52,181 nt of DNA, taken from an uncultured Eubacteriales bacterium. GTDB taxonomy: Bacteria; Bacillota; Clostridia; Christensenellales; UBA1242. The position numbers and the translations under genes were made by a program. Of this stretch, positions 25,578-35,516 are shown piece by piece (position 1 is the stretch's first letter; each line of letters begins with the position of its first letter). The stretch spans positions 1 to 52,181 of the forward strand of contig USSZ01000001.1 of the NCBI GenBank assembly GCA_900557645.1. Reading direction: 5' to 3'. The notes below the pieces were generated by a model that worked only from the letters and a program-made list of their open reading frames with translations, had not been told where the DNA came from and did no database searches.

Positions 25578-27929
25578 GTGAACGAACAAAAACCAAAATT
25601 TAGATGGTCTTATTTAGTTATAGCGTTTATAATTATATTATTAATAGTTTTGATTTTCTCAAACAATGGCTATAAAGGTGTTTATCTTGATAGAAACATG
25701 GAAGAGATAACTGAACTTGTTAATGGAATGCATGAAAACGCAGATGGTGAAAAAGAACAACTTGCAGCAATCTATTATAAAGATAATATAATTTATTTTT
25801 TAGTTGAAGGCTCAGAGTTTACAGGGAATTTCCCTAATTATTCAGATTATTATATTTATTATGAAAGTGGAGATGATGTTTTAGCAGAAACTCTTAAATT
25901 AATAAATGAAAAAAATCAATCATTGGCAGAAGATGCAAAAATACTTATAAGAAAGGGTGTTGATGGAGTTAATTGGTGGGATATTGTTTATCCAATTCTC
26001 TATATAGCATTTGGCTTATTCCTTGTTTGGATGATATTTAGACTTTTAAATAGTTCAAGTAAAGGGGCAATGGGCTTTGGGAAAAGCAAAGCAAAGGCTT
26101 ATACAACAAGTAAGGTAAAATTTTCAGATATTGCAGGAACTGACGAAGAAAAAGAAGAACTTAAAGAAATTGTTGATTTCTTAAAGGCTCCAAAGAAATT
26201 TACCGACCTTGGTGCAAGAATTCCTAAAGGAGTTTTGCTTGTAGGACATCCAGGGACAGGAAAAACATTACTTGCTCGTGCAGTTGCTGGAGAGGCTAAT
26301 GTTCCATTTATATCAATAAGTGGTTCTGATTTTGTTGAAATGTTTGTCGGAGTCGGGGCATCAAGAGTCCGTGATTTATTTGAACAAGCAAAGAAAAACA
26401 AGCCATGCATTGTGTTTATTGATGAAATTGATGCTGTTGGTCGTCAAAGAGGTGCAGGTCTTGGTGGTGGAAATGATGAAAGAGAACAAACCCTTAACCA
26501 ATTATTAGTAGAAATGGACGGATTTGAGCCTAATGAAGGAATTATAATCTTGGCAGCAACAAATAGGGCAGATGTTCTTGACCCAGCACTATTACGTCCA
26601 GGCAGATTTGATAGACAGATTTATGTAAATATTCCTGATGTAAAGGGTAGAGAGGGCATTTTAAGAATTCATGCAAGAAATAAACCTGTAGATGAGAATG
26701 TGGATTTTAAAACACTTGCTAAAATTACAGTAGGATTTACAGGTGCAGATATTGAAAATATGCTTAATGAAGCAGCAATTCTTGCAGCAAGAGCAGGAAG
26801 ACCTAAAATTATAATGTCAGATATAACAGAAGGAATAAATAAAGTTACAATGGGACCACAAAAGAAATCTCGATTAGTAACTGAACATGACAGAAAAATA
26901 ACTGCTATTCACGAATCAGGACACGCAATACTTGCAAAGAAACTTGAGCATACTGATGAAGTTCAAGAGGTTTCTATCATTCCAAGAGGTGCAGCAGGTG
27001 GTTATACAATGCAAAGACCAGAAAATGACAACTCTTATAGAACTTATAATTATTTGATGGACGAAATTGCTGTTTGCATGGGTGGACGTATTGCCGAGGA
27101 AATAACATTTAAGGATATTACTACAGGTGCTTCAAGTGATATAAATCAAGCAACAAAGATTGCAAGAAACATGGTTTATAACTGGGGTATGAGTAAAAAT
27201 CTTGGATTCTTAAGTTTAGATTCTTCAGAACAAGTGTTTATAGGTAGAGATTATCAAACAAAAAATGACTTTTCTGAAAAACTTGCTGCTGAAGCAGATG
27301 ATGAAGTAAGAGCAATTCTTGATTACAATTATAAAAGAGCAAGAAAATTGCTTAATGATAACGTTTCGTTATTAAATGAAATGGCAGCACTTCTTCTTGA
27401 TAAAGAAACTATAAATAAAGATGAAGTAGATATGTTGATGCAAGGAAAGAGTGCAAAAGAAATTTCTGAATTCATGGAAAAACGTGATAAAGAACAACGT
27501 GAAAAGGAAGCACAAATAAGAAAAGCACAAGCAGAGGAACAAAGAAAACTTATGCTTGAGAAAAAATTGCAAGAAGGGGAGAAACTTCTAGCAAATGGAA
27601 TTATTACCCAAGAAGAATTTGATGCAATTAAAAAAGCATATATGGAAGAACCAAATCCAGAAAATAAGCAAGAAAATGTTGAAGAAGAATTAAATAAAGG
27701 ACTAGAAATTGTTATTCCAGAAAAGAGGCAAGAAACAAAATCAGATGATATAAATAATAATAAAGAATTAGAAGTTAAAGATTTAATGCTTGATGGAACA
27801 CAAGAAACAAAAACAACAGAAGAAAAAACAAAAACAAAAAAGAAATTAAGTGATAAATTAAAAGTTACAAAGCAAGATAAAACAGATAAACAAAATAAAG
27901 AAAATAAAACTGATAAGAAAGGGGAATAA
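25578..27929 (+). CDS. ftsH: ATP-dependent zinc metalloprotease FtsH with long K/E-rich C-terminal extension
   Basis: GTG start 7 nt after AAGGAGG. It has Walker A GHPGTGKT, Walker B IVFIDEID, the SRH region, and the HESGH zinc motif. Confidence 0.92.
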   Translation: MNEQKPKFRWSYLVIAFIIILLIVLIFSNNGYKGVYLDRNMEEITELVNGMHENADGEKEQLAAIYYKDNIIYFLVEGSEFTGNFPNYSDYYIYYESGDDVLAETLKLINEKNQSLAEDAKILIRKGVDGVNWWDIVYPILYIAFGLFLVWMIFRLLNSSSKGAMGFGKSKAKAYTTSKVKFSDIAGTDEEKEELKEIVDFLKAPKKFTDLGARIPKGVLLVGHPGTGKTLLARAVAGEANVPFISISGSDFVEMFVGVGASRVRDLFEQAKKNKPCIVFIDEIDAVGRQRGAGLGGGNDEREQTLNQLLVEMDGFEPNEGIIILAATNRADVLDPALLRPGRFDRQIYVNIPDVKGREGILRIHARNKPVDENVDFKTLAKITVGFTGADIENMLNEAAILAARAGRPKIIMSDITEGINKVTMGPQKKSRLVTEHDRKITAIHESGHAILAKKLEHTDEVQEVSIIPRGAAGGYTMQRPENDNSYRTYNYLMDEIAVCMGGRIAEEITFKDITTGASSDINQATKIARNMVYNWGMSKNLGFLSLDSSEQVFIGRDYQTKNDFSEKLAAEADDEVRAILDYNYKRARKLLNDNVSLLNEMAALLLDKETINKDEVDMLMQGKSAKEISEFMEKRDKEQREKEAQIRKAQAEEQRKLMLEKKLQEGEKLLANGIITQEEFDAIKKAYMEEPNPENKQENVEEELNKGLEIVIPEKRQETKSDDINNNKELEVKDLMLDGTQETKTTEEKTKTKKKLSDKLKVTKQDKTDKQNKENKTDKKGE

Positions 27930-27932
27930 AAT

Positions 27933-28649
27933 ATGAGTGAAACAAATACAGAAATTACTCAAAATAGATCTGAAGATGAAATTTTGCAATCAGTGAGTGA
28001 TGAATATATTAGAAAAAGAAAACGTAAAAGAATAATATCTTTATCAATAATTTCTGCAATTGTTTTTGCTTTATCTGTTATTATTATTACTCTTGCTTGT
28101 GTAAAAGTGGACTTAAAACCTTTCTTTATTGAAGAGGCTTCTAGTTATCAGGTTGTTATAAAAGGAAATACAACAAAAACTTATGTTTCTGGTGATGAAA
28201 ATTATGACGAATTTTATGATTTGTATTTGAATACATTCCAAACATCGTATCTTACTGGAATTTTTACAGGTGCACTTGGTGCTTATACAGTTGAAGAAAC
28301 AACACAAGATTTTTATTCTAGTTATGAGAATGGCGTAGGAAGTGGAATGAGTTCTTATCTTAAAAATCTTGTTGGAGATAATTATATACGTATGCATTTT
28401 GGTGTTGACCAAAGAATATATAATGCTGATGGAAGTATATGTTATTCAAAAAGAAATTCTAGTGCTTATGAATTAAGATATAATGATGTATATTTTTCAA
28501 TCAATACAGAAGATAAGGATAGTGAATTAACTTTCTATTTTGGTGCTTATTGCTATGCTGATGGAGAAGTAAAAATAAAACCTAGAATTACAAAAATCAC
28601 TATTAGAGCAAATACCTATGCATTATATGATTATGTTCAAAATAATTAA
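27933..28649 (+). CDS. membrane-anchored hypothetical protein
   Basis: The start lies 3 nt after the ftsH stop. It has a single TM segment (ISLSIISAIVFALSVIIITLA). No motif recognised. Confidence 0.55.
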   Translation: MSETNTEITQNRSEDEILQSVSDEYIRKRKRKRIISLSIISAIVFALSVIIITLACVKVDLKPFFIEEASSYQVVIKGNTTKTYVSGDENYDEFYDLYLNTFQTSYLTGIFTGALGAYTVEETTQDFYSSYENGVGSGMSSYLKNLVGDNYIRMHFGVDQRIYNADGSICYSKRNSSAYELRYNDVYFSINTEDKDSELTFYFGAYCYADGEVKIKPRITKITIRANTYALYDYVQNN

Positions 28650-28676
28650 AAAGAAGACCTAAGGGTCTTCTTTTTA
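28649..28676 (+). terminator. rho-independent terminator
   Basis: GAAGACC-TAAG-GGTCTTC followed by TTTTT. Confidence 0.8.
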
Positions 28677-28828
28677 GTTTAATATATAAAATTTTGTATA
28701 AATTAAGGATATTAATTATAAAATAAGAATAATATTTTAAATAATTTTATTTAATAACACATTTTGAATAATAAAAACACGGCTTTTTCAGAATTTAGGT
28801 ATCTTATCTATAAATGCCGTGTTTTTTA

Positions 28829-31405
28829 TTATTGTTTTTGTAAAAGGCTTATTACTTTATCACGTAATTTATCTATTCTTTTTTTATTAAGTTTAATTAA
28901 TGCTATTACAATGATTGAAGCAAGAATTATTGCAAAGAATGTAACTAAAACGGTAAATGAACTAGATGTTATCGAGAATAGATTTGGCAAAGCAATAATT
29001 GCACCAGTGATACAAATAAATGATATCGCAAGTGTTAACCCTCGTATTAGTGTCATAGGGAAACAAAGTGTTGCTAAATTTAAAAATCCTGTATAAGTTA
29101 AAATTAATACACAAAGGGTTCTATATTCATCAGGAGATAATGTATCTCCTCTTGAATTTAATACAAGAATGATTAAAACATTGATAAGCATTAATAAAGC
29201 CCTCGGTAATGACCTTTTTAATACTTGAGGTATAAAATTCCCTCGAATAGGTTTTGTATTAGGTTCAAATGTTAATAGGAATGAAGGAATTCCGATAACA
29301 AATGCTTCAATAAGTAGCATCATACTTGGTTTAAATGGGTAAGGTTCTTGTATAAATAGTGTAATTATTGTCAACGTTATTGCAAAGAATGTTTTCATTA
29401 GGAATAATGATGAAGAATTTTGAACATTATTAACTACTTGTCTTCCTTCTTTAACTACTGATGGTAATGATGAAAAATTTGATTCAAGTAAAACTAATTT
29501 AGAAATACTTCTTGCTACTTCACTTCCATCAGCCATTGCGATAGAGCAATCTGCTTCTTTTAGGGCAAGGGTATCGTTTACTCCATCGCCAGTCATTGCG
29601 ACAACATTCCCTTTATTTTTAAGTGCTTTGATTATTGTATATTTTTGCTCTGGAGTAACTCTGCCAAATACAGTAAATTGGTCAGCCATTTGTTCAACTT
29701 CTTTCAGACTAAAGTTTTCTAAAGAAATATATTTATCACTGTTTTCTACTCCAACACGTTGTGCAATTTTTGATACAGTTGCAGGGTCGTCTCCTGATAT
29801 AATTTTAATGTCAACACCATTATCTTTGAACCATTGAATAGTTTCAACAGCATCTTCACGAATATGCTCTTCAATTATAATTAACGCAAGTAAAACAGAC
29901 TTTTCGCCAGTCATTTTTTTATCAAACTTTCCGCCATCTTGTTCTGCAAGAGCAAGAACACGAAGCCCTTTTTCTTGTTGTGCCTTTATATATTCAAGTT
30001 GTTCCTGAGTCAAAGCACAACCTATTCTAGTAGAAGCACCTAAAAAATAAATTTTATGGTTTGATAATTGTGTGATTGAATATTTACGTTCAGATGAGAA
30101 TTCTGCGATGTTTAAAGCCGTGTAGTCATTATTTCTTCCAAACTCTTTAATCATAGCACTAGAAGTTGCATTAATTGTTTTTTGAACATTTAAAATGTTT
30201 GAAAGTATTTTCTTTATGCTTGATTTTCTCTTTTTTGTATATGTCATAAAGTCAACAACTTTCATAGTTCCGTCTGTGATAGTTCCTGTTTTATCAAGAC
30301 ATAGGACGTTTGTCCTTGCAAGCATTTCAATAGAGTATAGATCTTTAACAAGAGTTTTTTTCCTTGCAAGTTTGATTACACCTATTGCAAGAGCAAGTGT
30401 TACTAGAAGAAACATACCTGCAGGAATCATACTTGTCAGCGAGCCACTAGTGTTTGTAATTTGTTCTTTTATAGTAGAACCTGGTTGAGTGTATTCTTTT
30501 AAGAAAGTTAATATACCAATTGGAACAAGAGCAATACCAATATATTTAATAAATCTATTCAAGTCTTTAAACAAATTTGATTGTGGTGCTTTAAATTCTT
30601 TTGCTTTTTTAGCCATTTGATAAATGTAATTATCTTTACCAATTCGTTCGACTCTAGCATAACATTGACCTGTTACAATAAAACTTCCAGATAATAGCAT
30701 AGCATCAGTTGACTTTTCTATAGCATTAGATTCGCCTGTAAGTAAACTTTCGTTTACTTCAACTTTTCCTTCTAGAATTTTACAATCTGAAGGAATTTGA
30801 CTTCCATTTGAAAGAATAATAACATCATCTAAAAGTAGTTGGTCAGAAGGAATTTCAATTATTTTACCTTCTCTTAAGGTTTTGACCAGTGGGGTAGTTA
30901 CAATAGATAATTTTTCAACAGTTATTTTTGCTCTTATTTCTTGAATAATAGCGATTGCAGTGTTTGCAATAATTACAAAAATAAAAATTAAATCGCTATA
31001 AGAGCCTACTGCAATTAAAGCGGCAGCAATTATTGCCCATAACATATTAAAAAAAGTGAAAATATTTTTAGCAAAAATTGCACCATAAGATTTAGAAGAT
31101 TTTACTTTAGTTTTATTGATAAGATTAGCATTTTTTCGCTGTTCAATTTGTTCTTTATTAAGTCCAGTCAAAACATCAGTTTCAAATCTTTCAACATCTA
31201 TCGGTACTGCTGGTTTATCTTCTTTTTCTTTTCTTTTAAAATGAATTTTGTTTTTCAATTTTTCTAAAATATTTTTATTATCTTCAATTGCCTTAAGAGT
31301 GTAAAAAAGAGTTGTCAAATTTTCATTCATTGACAAGTTCTGTTTAAACTTTGTTGCCTGTTTTAAAATAATTGGATAATCAATTTCAATTTTTTTTCTT
31401 TTCAT
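28829..31405 (-). CDS. P-type (E1-E2, HAD-IC) cation-transporting ATPase, specificity unknown
   Basis: It has DKTGTIT (phosphorylation site), TGES, MTGDGVNDTLALKEAD and about 10 TM segments. TM4 reads IPAGM instead of the usual IPEGL. Confidence 0.85.
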   Translation of the reverse strand: MKRKKIEIDYPIILKQATKFKQNLSMNENLTTLFYTLKAIEDNKNILEKLKNKIHFKRKEKEDKPAVPIDVERFETDVLTGLNKEQIEQRKNANLINKTKVKSSKSYGAIFAKNIFTFFNMLWAIIAAALIAVGSYSDLIFIFVIIANTAIAIIQEIRAKITVEKLSIVTTPLVKTLREGKIIEIPSDQLLLDDVIILSNGSQIPSDCKILEGKVEVNESLLTGESNAIEKSTDAMLLSGSFIVTGQCYARVERIGKDNYIYQMAKKAKEFKAPQSNLFKDLNRFIKYIGIALVPIGILTFLKEYTQPGSTIKEQITNTSGSLTSMIPAGMFLLVTLALAIGVIKLARKKTLVKDLYSIEMLARTNVLCLDKTGTITDGTMKVVDFMTYTKKRKSSIKKILSNILNVQKTINATSSAMIKEFGRNNDYTALNIAEFSSERKYSITQLSNHKIYFLGASTRIGCALTQEQLEYIKAQQEKGLRVLALAEQDGGKFDKKMTGEKSVLLALIIIEEHIREDAVETIQWFKDNGVDIKIISGDDPATVSKIAQRVGVENSDKYISLENFSLKEVEQMADQFTVFGRVTPEQKYTIIKALKNKGNVVAMTGDGVNDTLALKEADCSIAMADGSEVARSISKLVLLESNFSSLPSVVKEGRQVVNNVQNSSSLFLMKTFFAITLTIITLFIQEPYPFKPSMMLLIEAFVIGIPSFLLTFEPNTKPIRGNFIPQVLKRSLPRALLMLINVLIILVLNSRGDTLSPDEYRTLCVLILTYTGFLNLATLCFPMTLIRGLTLAISFICITGAIIALPNLFSITSSSFTVLVTFFAIILASIIVIALIKLNKKRIDKLRDKVISLLQKQ

Positions 31406-31566
31406 ACCTTCCTATGTTTCATTATATATTTATACACATAAGTATAATTTATTATTATATAAATGTCAACTTTATTCTAAAATAGATTTGACTTTGCTTG
31501 TCAAATAAAGTATTCTATAAAAAGATAGGTTTATTTAATTGAAAATTTAAAAGAGGTGTAATAAAA

Positions 31567-32805
31567 ATGCTTATAGAAATATCTGAAAATCTAAAAAAAC
31601 TTGCGAAATTATTTCCATGTGAACTTTATGTTGTGGGGGGATTTATTAGAAATACAATTATGCAAATAGAAAAAGATGATGTGGATATTTGTTCAGCATT
31701 AACTGTCGATGAGATTGAACAATTATTAAAGGATACTGCTTTTAAAGTTAAAATAAAAAGCAAAACCCTTGGAAGTGCATTAATTTCTATCAAAGATGAA
31801 AAATATGAATATACAACATTTAGAAAAGATTATTATCCAAACGGAGGTCAACATTTACCTGAAAAGGTTCAGTTTATCAAAGATGTAAAAGAAGATGCAA
31901 AACGCCGTGATTTTAGTTGTAATGCAATTTATTATGATATAAAAAATGATAAAATTTTAGATTTTTATGATGGTATAAACGATATAAAACATAAAATCTT
32001 GAAAACAGTAGAAACACCAGAAGAAGTATTAAGTCATGATGGATTAAGAATTTTAAGATTATTTAGATTTCAATGTGAATTAAACTTTAAAATAGATAAA
32101 CAAACTTTGCAATCGGCTATAAAATATAAAAATAATCTTCGAGATATTTCTGGTGAGCGTGTAATATATGAAATTACTAGAATTTTACATAGTCCAAATA
32201 AATATAAGAATATTTCAAAACCAAATGCGTATATGAAAGCATTAAAGTTATTTAATAAAGCAGGGATATGGCCTATTTTTGGTATTGATTGTCAAAAGAT
32301 AAAGTTTAAAATGGTAAAAAAGGTAGAGCATAAATCACAGGGATTTTTAATTGATGTTATTGATACAGTAAATCCAATTTCAATTTCATATTATTTAAAT
32401 TTAATTTTAAGTGAATCATTTGGATTAAATAAAAAAATGGTTGAGCAATATATTAATATTCTTTCAGGTTATTATGAAGCATTAAATCATCAGCAAAATA
32501 AGCCATATTTTTTTAAATATTTCAATAATTTCCCTGACATTTATTTACTTTTATCACATAAATCAAAGTATTTAGCAAATAAATATCAATTCTTTTATAA
32601 GTATATCATTTCACATAAATTGATTGTATCAATCAAAGATTTGAAAATTACAGGAGAAGATATAAAGAAAAATTATCCTACCGTTAAACCAAATAGATAT
32701 AAGCCGATTTTAGAAAGTTTGTTAAGCGATATTTTTGATGGTAATTTAAGTAATGATAAAAAAGAACTTATAGAAGCCGTTGAAGGAAAGTTAAAATATT
32801 TATAA
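31567..32805 (+). CDS. cca: CCA-adding enzyme / tRNA nucleotidyltransferase (PolyA-pol family)
   Basis: It has VVGGFIRN, DVDIC and RRDFSCNAIYYD, the class II nucleotidyltransferase head motifs. Confidence 0.8.
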   Translation: MLIEISENLKKLAKLFPCELYVVGGFIRNTIMQIEKDDVDICSALTVDEIEQLLKDTAFKVKIKSKTLGSALISIKDEKYEYTTFRKDYYPNGGQHLPEKVQFIKDVKEDAKRRDFSCNAIYYDIKNDKILDFYDGINDIKHKILKTVETPEEVLSHDGLRILRLFRFQCELNFKIDKQTLQSAIKYKNNLRDISGERVIYEITRILHSPNKYKNISKPNAYMKALKLFNKAGIWPIFGIDCQKIKFKMVKKVEHKSQGFLIDVIDTVNPISISYYLNLILSESFGLNKKMVEQYINILSGYYEALNHQQNKPYFFKYFNNFPDIYLLLSHKSKYLANKYQFFYKYIISHKLIVSIKDLKITGEDIKKNYPTVKPNRYKPILESLLSDIFDGNLSNDKKELIEAVEGKLKYL

Positions 32806-32811
32806 TAAAAA

Positions 32812-32857
32812 AAAGAAAAAAAAGAACTTTTCAAGTTTATAAAGTTCTTTTTTTATT
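32812..32857. terminator. bidirectional terminator between cca and the VanW-like gene
   Basis: AAAGAACTTT-N10-AAAGTTCTTT flanked by A- and T-runs. Confidence 0.75.
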
Positions 32858-32862
32858 AAAAT

Positions 32863-34374
32863 TTAATTATCAACTTTCCATTTCTTTTTAGCATTATCAA
32901 TAGTGGTTTGTGTAACTTTTTGAGGTGAAATATATTTTACTCCATTGCTTGGAAGTGTCATACCTTCTTCAAGAGTCGCATTACCTTCCACAATAATTCC
33001 GTCTTGTGGACGATAGTGGTCATGCCGTATTAATTTTTCTTCAATAATTTCTCCATTTTTGATATATTGGATATATCCCTTTGATTCATATCCTTCTTGT
33101 GGAAACTTCAGTCTATAATATTCGCCTTTGTAAAGGACTTTATTTGAATATTCTCCTTTTGTATCCGTTATGATATTATCTCCACCATGAGGTAGAACTT
33201 TAACAAGTTCACTTTTTGTTTTGATAGTAATATCATCATCAAATGGTTGACCATAGATTTCAACTGATACTTCTTCATTTGAACAAATAGTTTTTATAAA
33301 AATAGGTGTGTCAAGATTATTTTTAAATACAAGGTCTGCATAGCCTTCACTTACCATAGCATCAAAAGATAAAGGAACGTAAGAAGCAGGTAGTGAGTGG
33401 TGTGTTACTTGTAAGATTTCAATATCAGCGAGAAGTAATGCGTTATAGAGGGTTGTAGATGCTTGGCAAACACCACCACCAACACCAGATATATAATTTC
33501 CATCAAAAATAATATTTGCATTTTTATAACCATTGTTATTATTTCTAGGACCAGTAGTTTTATTAAAAGATATTTCTTGTCCTGGTTCAACAATCATTCC
33601 ATTAAAATTTTTCAATGCTGTTTTAATATTTGTTTTTCGATTTTCTGAAGATTTTGCATAGTTTGTTGTAAATTTAGAACGAAGTTTTATTTGTTTTATC
33701 ATATCTTCTAAATTTTCGTTTGGGGTAATTTCTTGAATAGGCAAATTAATAACAAAACTTTCATTATATTGAAGTGCATCGTTAATTTCTTTTTCAAGCA
33801 AATTTCTATCTAATATGTATCCTTTTGCAGAGGGATTAATTGAAAACATATTTTTACTATTAGGATTAAAAATTATTGAAGATGAGGTTGGCAATATTTC
33901 GATTTCGTTTGCAATTATCTCAATCTGGCTATCAATTCCACCAAGTAAATCTTGATAGGGGATATTCACGTTAAGTCCTTCCTTTTTTATTTGATTTTCG
34001 ATTTTCTTTTTATTAAAAATGTTTCCATCTCTGCCGTATTGCAATATATTATCAAGAGATTTATCAAATTCTCCAACAAAAGTTAAATCTTTTCCACTTA
34101 TTTCCCATTCTTTTGAGGGACTTTTAAGGGTAATTTTTATATTGTTTTTATTTTGTGCAAATGTTGTATTTAATAAATTTTTAGCATCATCTTTAGTCAT
34201 ACCTGATATATCAATTCCATTTACATGAGTATTTTCATAGAACGTTGTTTTATCACTTATTGCATCTCCAAAATAAAATTGACAAAATAAAAGTAATCCG
34301 ACAGCAATAAAGCACACACTTAAAAGCCATAAAATAGATGATTTATTACTTTTTGTTTTAACCTTTTCTTCCAT
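32863..34374 (-). CDS. VanW-family protein (YoaR-like), membrane anchored
   Basis: N-terminal TM segment. It has the VanW core GGGVCQASTTLYNALL...THHS and a C-terminal G5-like region. Confidence 0.75.
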   Translation of the reverse strand: MEEKVKTKSNKSSILWLLSVCFIAVGLLLFCQFYFGDAISDKTTFYENTHVNGIDISGMTKDDAKNLLNTTFAQNKNNIKITLKSPSKEWEISGKDLTFVGEFDKSLDNILQYGRDGNIFNKKKIENQIKKEGLNVNIPYQDLLGGIDSQIEIIANEIEILPTSSSIIFNPNSKNMFSINPSAKGYILDRNLLEKEINDALQYNESFVINLPIQEITPNENLEDMIKQIKLRSKFTTNYAKSSENRKTNIKTALKNFNGMIVEPGQEISFNKTTGPRNNNNGYKNANIIFDGNYISGVGGGVCQASTTLYNALLLADIEILQVTHHSLPASYVPLSFDAMVSEGYADLVFKNNLDTPIFIKTICSNEEVSVEIYGQPFDDDITIKTKSELVKVLPHGGDNIITDTKGEYSNKVLYKGEYYRLKFPQEGYESKGYIQYIKNGEIIEEKLIRHDHYRPQDGIIVEGNATLEEGMTLPSNGVKYISPQKVTQTTIDNAKKKWKVDN

Positions 34375-34549
34375 CTTTTAAACTCCTTGAAATATTATTT
34401 GTATTTAATGTTGATTTATTCTATTTATTGATTAAATAAAGAAAATAAAAATAAAATAATTGATAAAAAATTTAATTAAATTCAAATAAATATTTCTTGA
34501 AATAAAATTAAAAAAGCATAATAATTTTAATTAGTTTCATAATAAAATA

Positions 34550-35287
34550 ATGAATGAATTAAGTTTAACAAAAAAAATATTAAGAATACTTTTTGTTATA
34601 TTATCAATAACTTCTTTTTTAGTTTTAACTTATTTTGTATTGGTATGGACAGGTTTATGGGATAAATTAAATTCGGTTGAAAAGTTAAAGAATTTGATTT
34701 TAAGTCTTGGTTTTTGGGGAAGATTTGCTTTTACAACATTTCAATTTTTGCAAGTTACGTTTATTCCGTTGCCTTCACCCATTCTAGTAATTGCTGGAAG
34801 TCTGATTTATGGGCCATTTCAATCAGGTCTTCTTTCACTTGCTGGAATTTTGTTAGGAAGTGCAGTGGCTTTTTTCCTAGGAAGGGTGTTTGGAAAGAAA
34901 CTTGTTGTTTTTATGGTTGGCGAGAATGCACAAAAGAAATGGACTGCTTTTTTAAATAATTATAAATATTCTTTTGTAATTATGATGCTTTTGCCTCTTT
35001 TTCCAGATGATATTTTATGTCTAGTTGCAGGTCTTACAGATATGAGTTGGACTTTTTTTATGTTAACACAACTTGTTTCAAGGCCAATAGGAATATTTTT
35101 GATAAGTTATTTTTCAAGTGGAGATATAATTCCTTTCACAGGTTGGGGACTTATTGTGTGGGGTGCTTTAATAATATTTGCTGTTTGTTTAATTTATTTA
35201 TCAAGCAAATATAATAAGGAAATTGAAAGTTACTTTAAAAAGTTTTTTTCAAAATTTAACCATAAAAAGAAAAAAAATCAAAGTTAA
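34550..35287 (+). CDS. TVP38/TMEM64 (DedA/SNARE-associated) family membrane protein
   Basis: FIPLPSPILVIAGSLIYGP...GILLGSAVAFFLGRVFGKK is the typical DedA-superfamily motif. Confidence 0.75.
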   Translation: MNELSLTKKILRILFVILSITSFLVLTYFVLVWTGLWDKLNSVEKLKNLILSLGFWGRFAFTTFQFLQVTFIPLPSPILVIAGSLIYGPFQSGLLSLAGILLGSAVAFFLGRVFGKKLVVFMVGENAQKKWTAFLNNYKYSFVIMMLLPLFPDDILCLVAGLTDMSWTFFMLTQLVSRPIGIFLISYFSSGDIIPFTGWGLIVWGALIIFAVCLIYLSSKYNKEIESYFKKFFSKFNHKKKKNQS

Positions 35288-35289
35288 GA

Positions 35290-35454
35290 CTACTTTTTAT
35301 TTTTAATATAAAGAAGCATCCCTTCTTTAAGCATTTTGGGTGTTATGTTGTTTGTTATTAAAATAGTCATTGCATTTACATCATATTTTTTTGCAATGCT
35401 ATCTATAGTATCTTTTTTTTGAACAATATAAAATTCATTTAAAAATTTTTTCAT
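35290..35454 (-). CDS. small LysM-domain protein (54 aa), not in the ORF track
   Basis: On the minus strand, GAGG lies 7 nt before the ATG. The translation is MKKFLNEFYIVQKKDTIDSIAKKYDVNAMTILITNNITPKMLKEGMLLYIKNKK. It fits the LysM consensus Y.V..GDT...IA..Y.v....l...N.....l..G..L.I. Confidence 0.65.
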   Translation of the reverse strand: MKKFLNEFYIVQKKDTIDSIAKKYDVNAMTILITNNITPKMLKEGMLLYIKNKK

Positions 35455-35516
35455 AATAACCTCATTTATAAGTATTAAATTTTATTCACATTTAATAACA
35501 TATATGAGGAGAGAAT

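Noticed and set aside
26099-26410. 103-aa minus-strand ORF inside ftsH, and similar internal ORFs (e.g. 10203-10499, 18030-18317, 30195-30488, 36743-37009)
   Set aside because: Each lies wholly inside a confidently identified conserved gene on the opposite strand or in another frame. They have low-complexity translations and no translation signals.
28764-29096. 110-aa plus-strand ORF overlapping the 3' end of the P-type ATPase
   Set aside because: It is the reverse frame of the ATPase C-terminal TM region. Its 5' part is the terminator region of the ATPase.
34515-34552. Another apparent leaderless start (CATAAT-N6-ATG) for the TVP38/DedA gene
   Set aside because: There is no acceptable -35 box at 16-18 nt. 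-10-like hexamers are too frequent in this AT-rich DNA for this alone to be meaningful.
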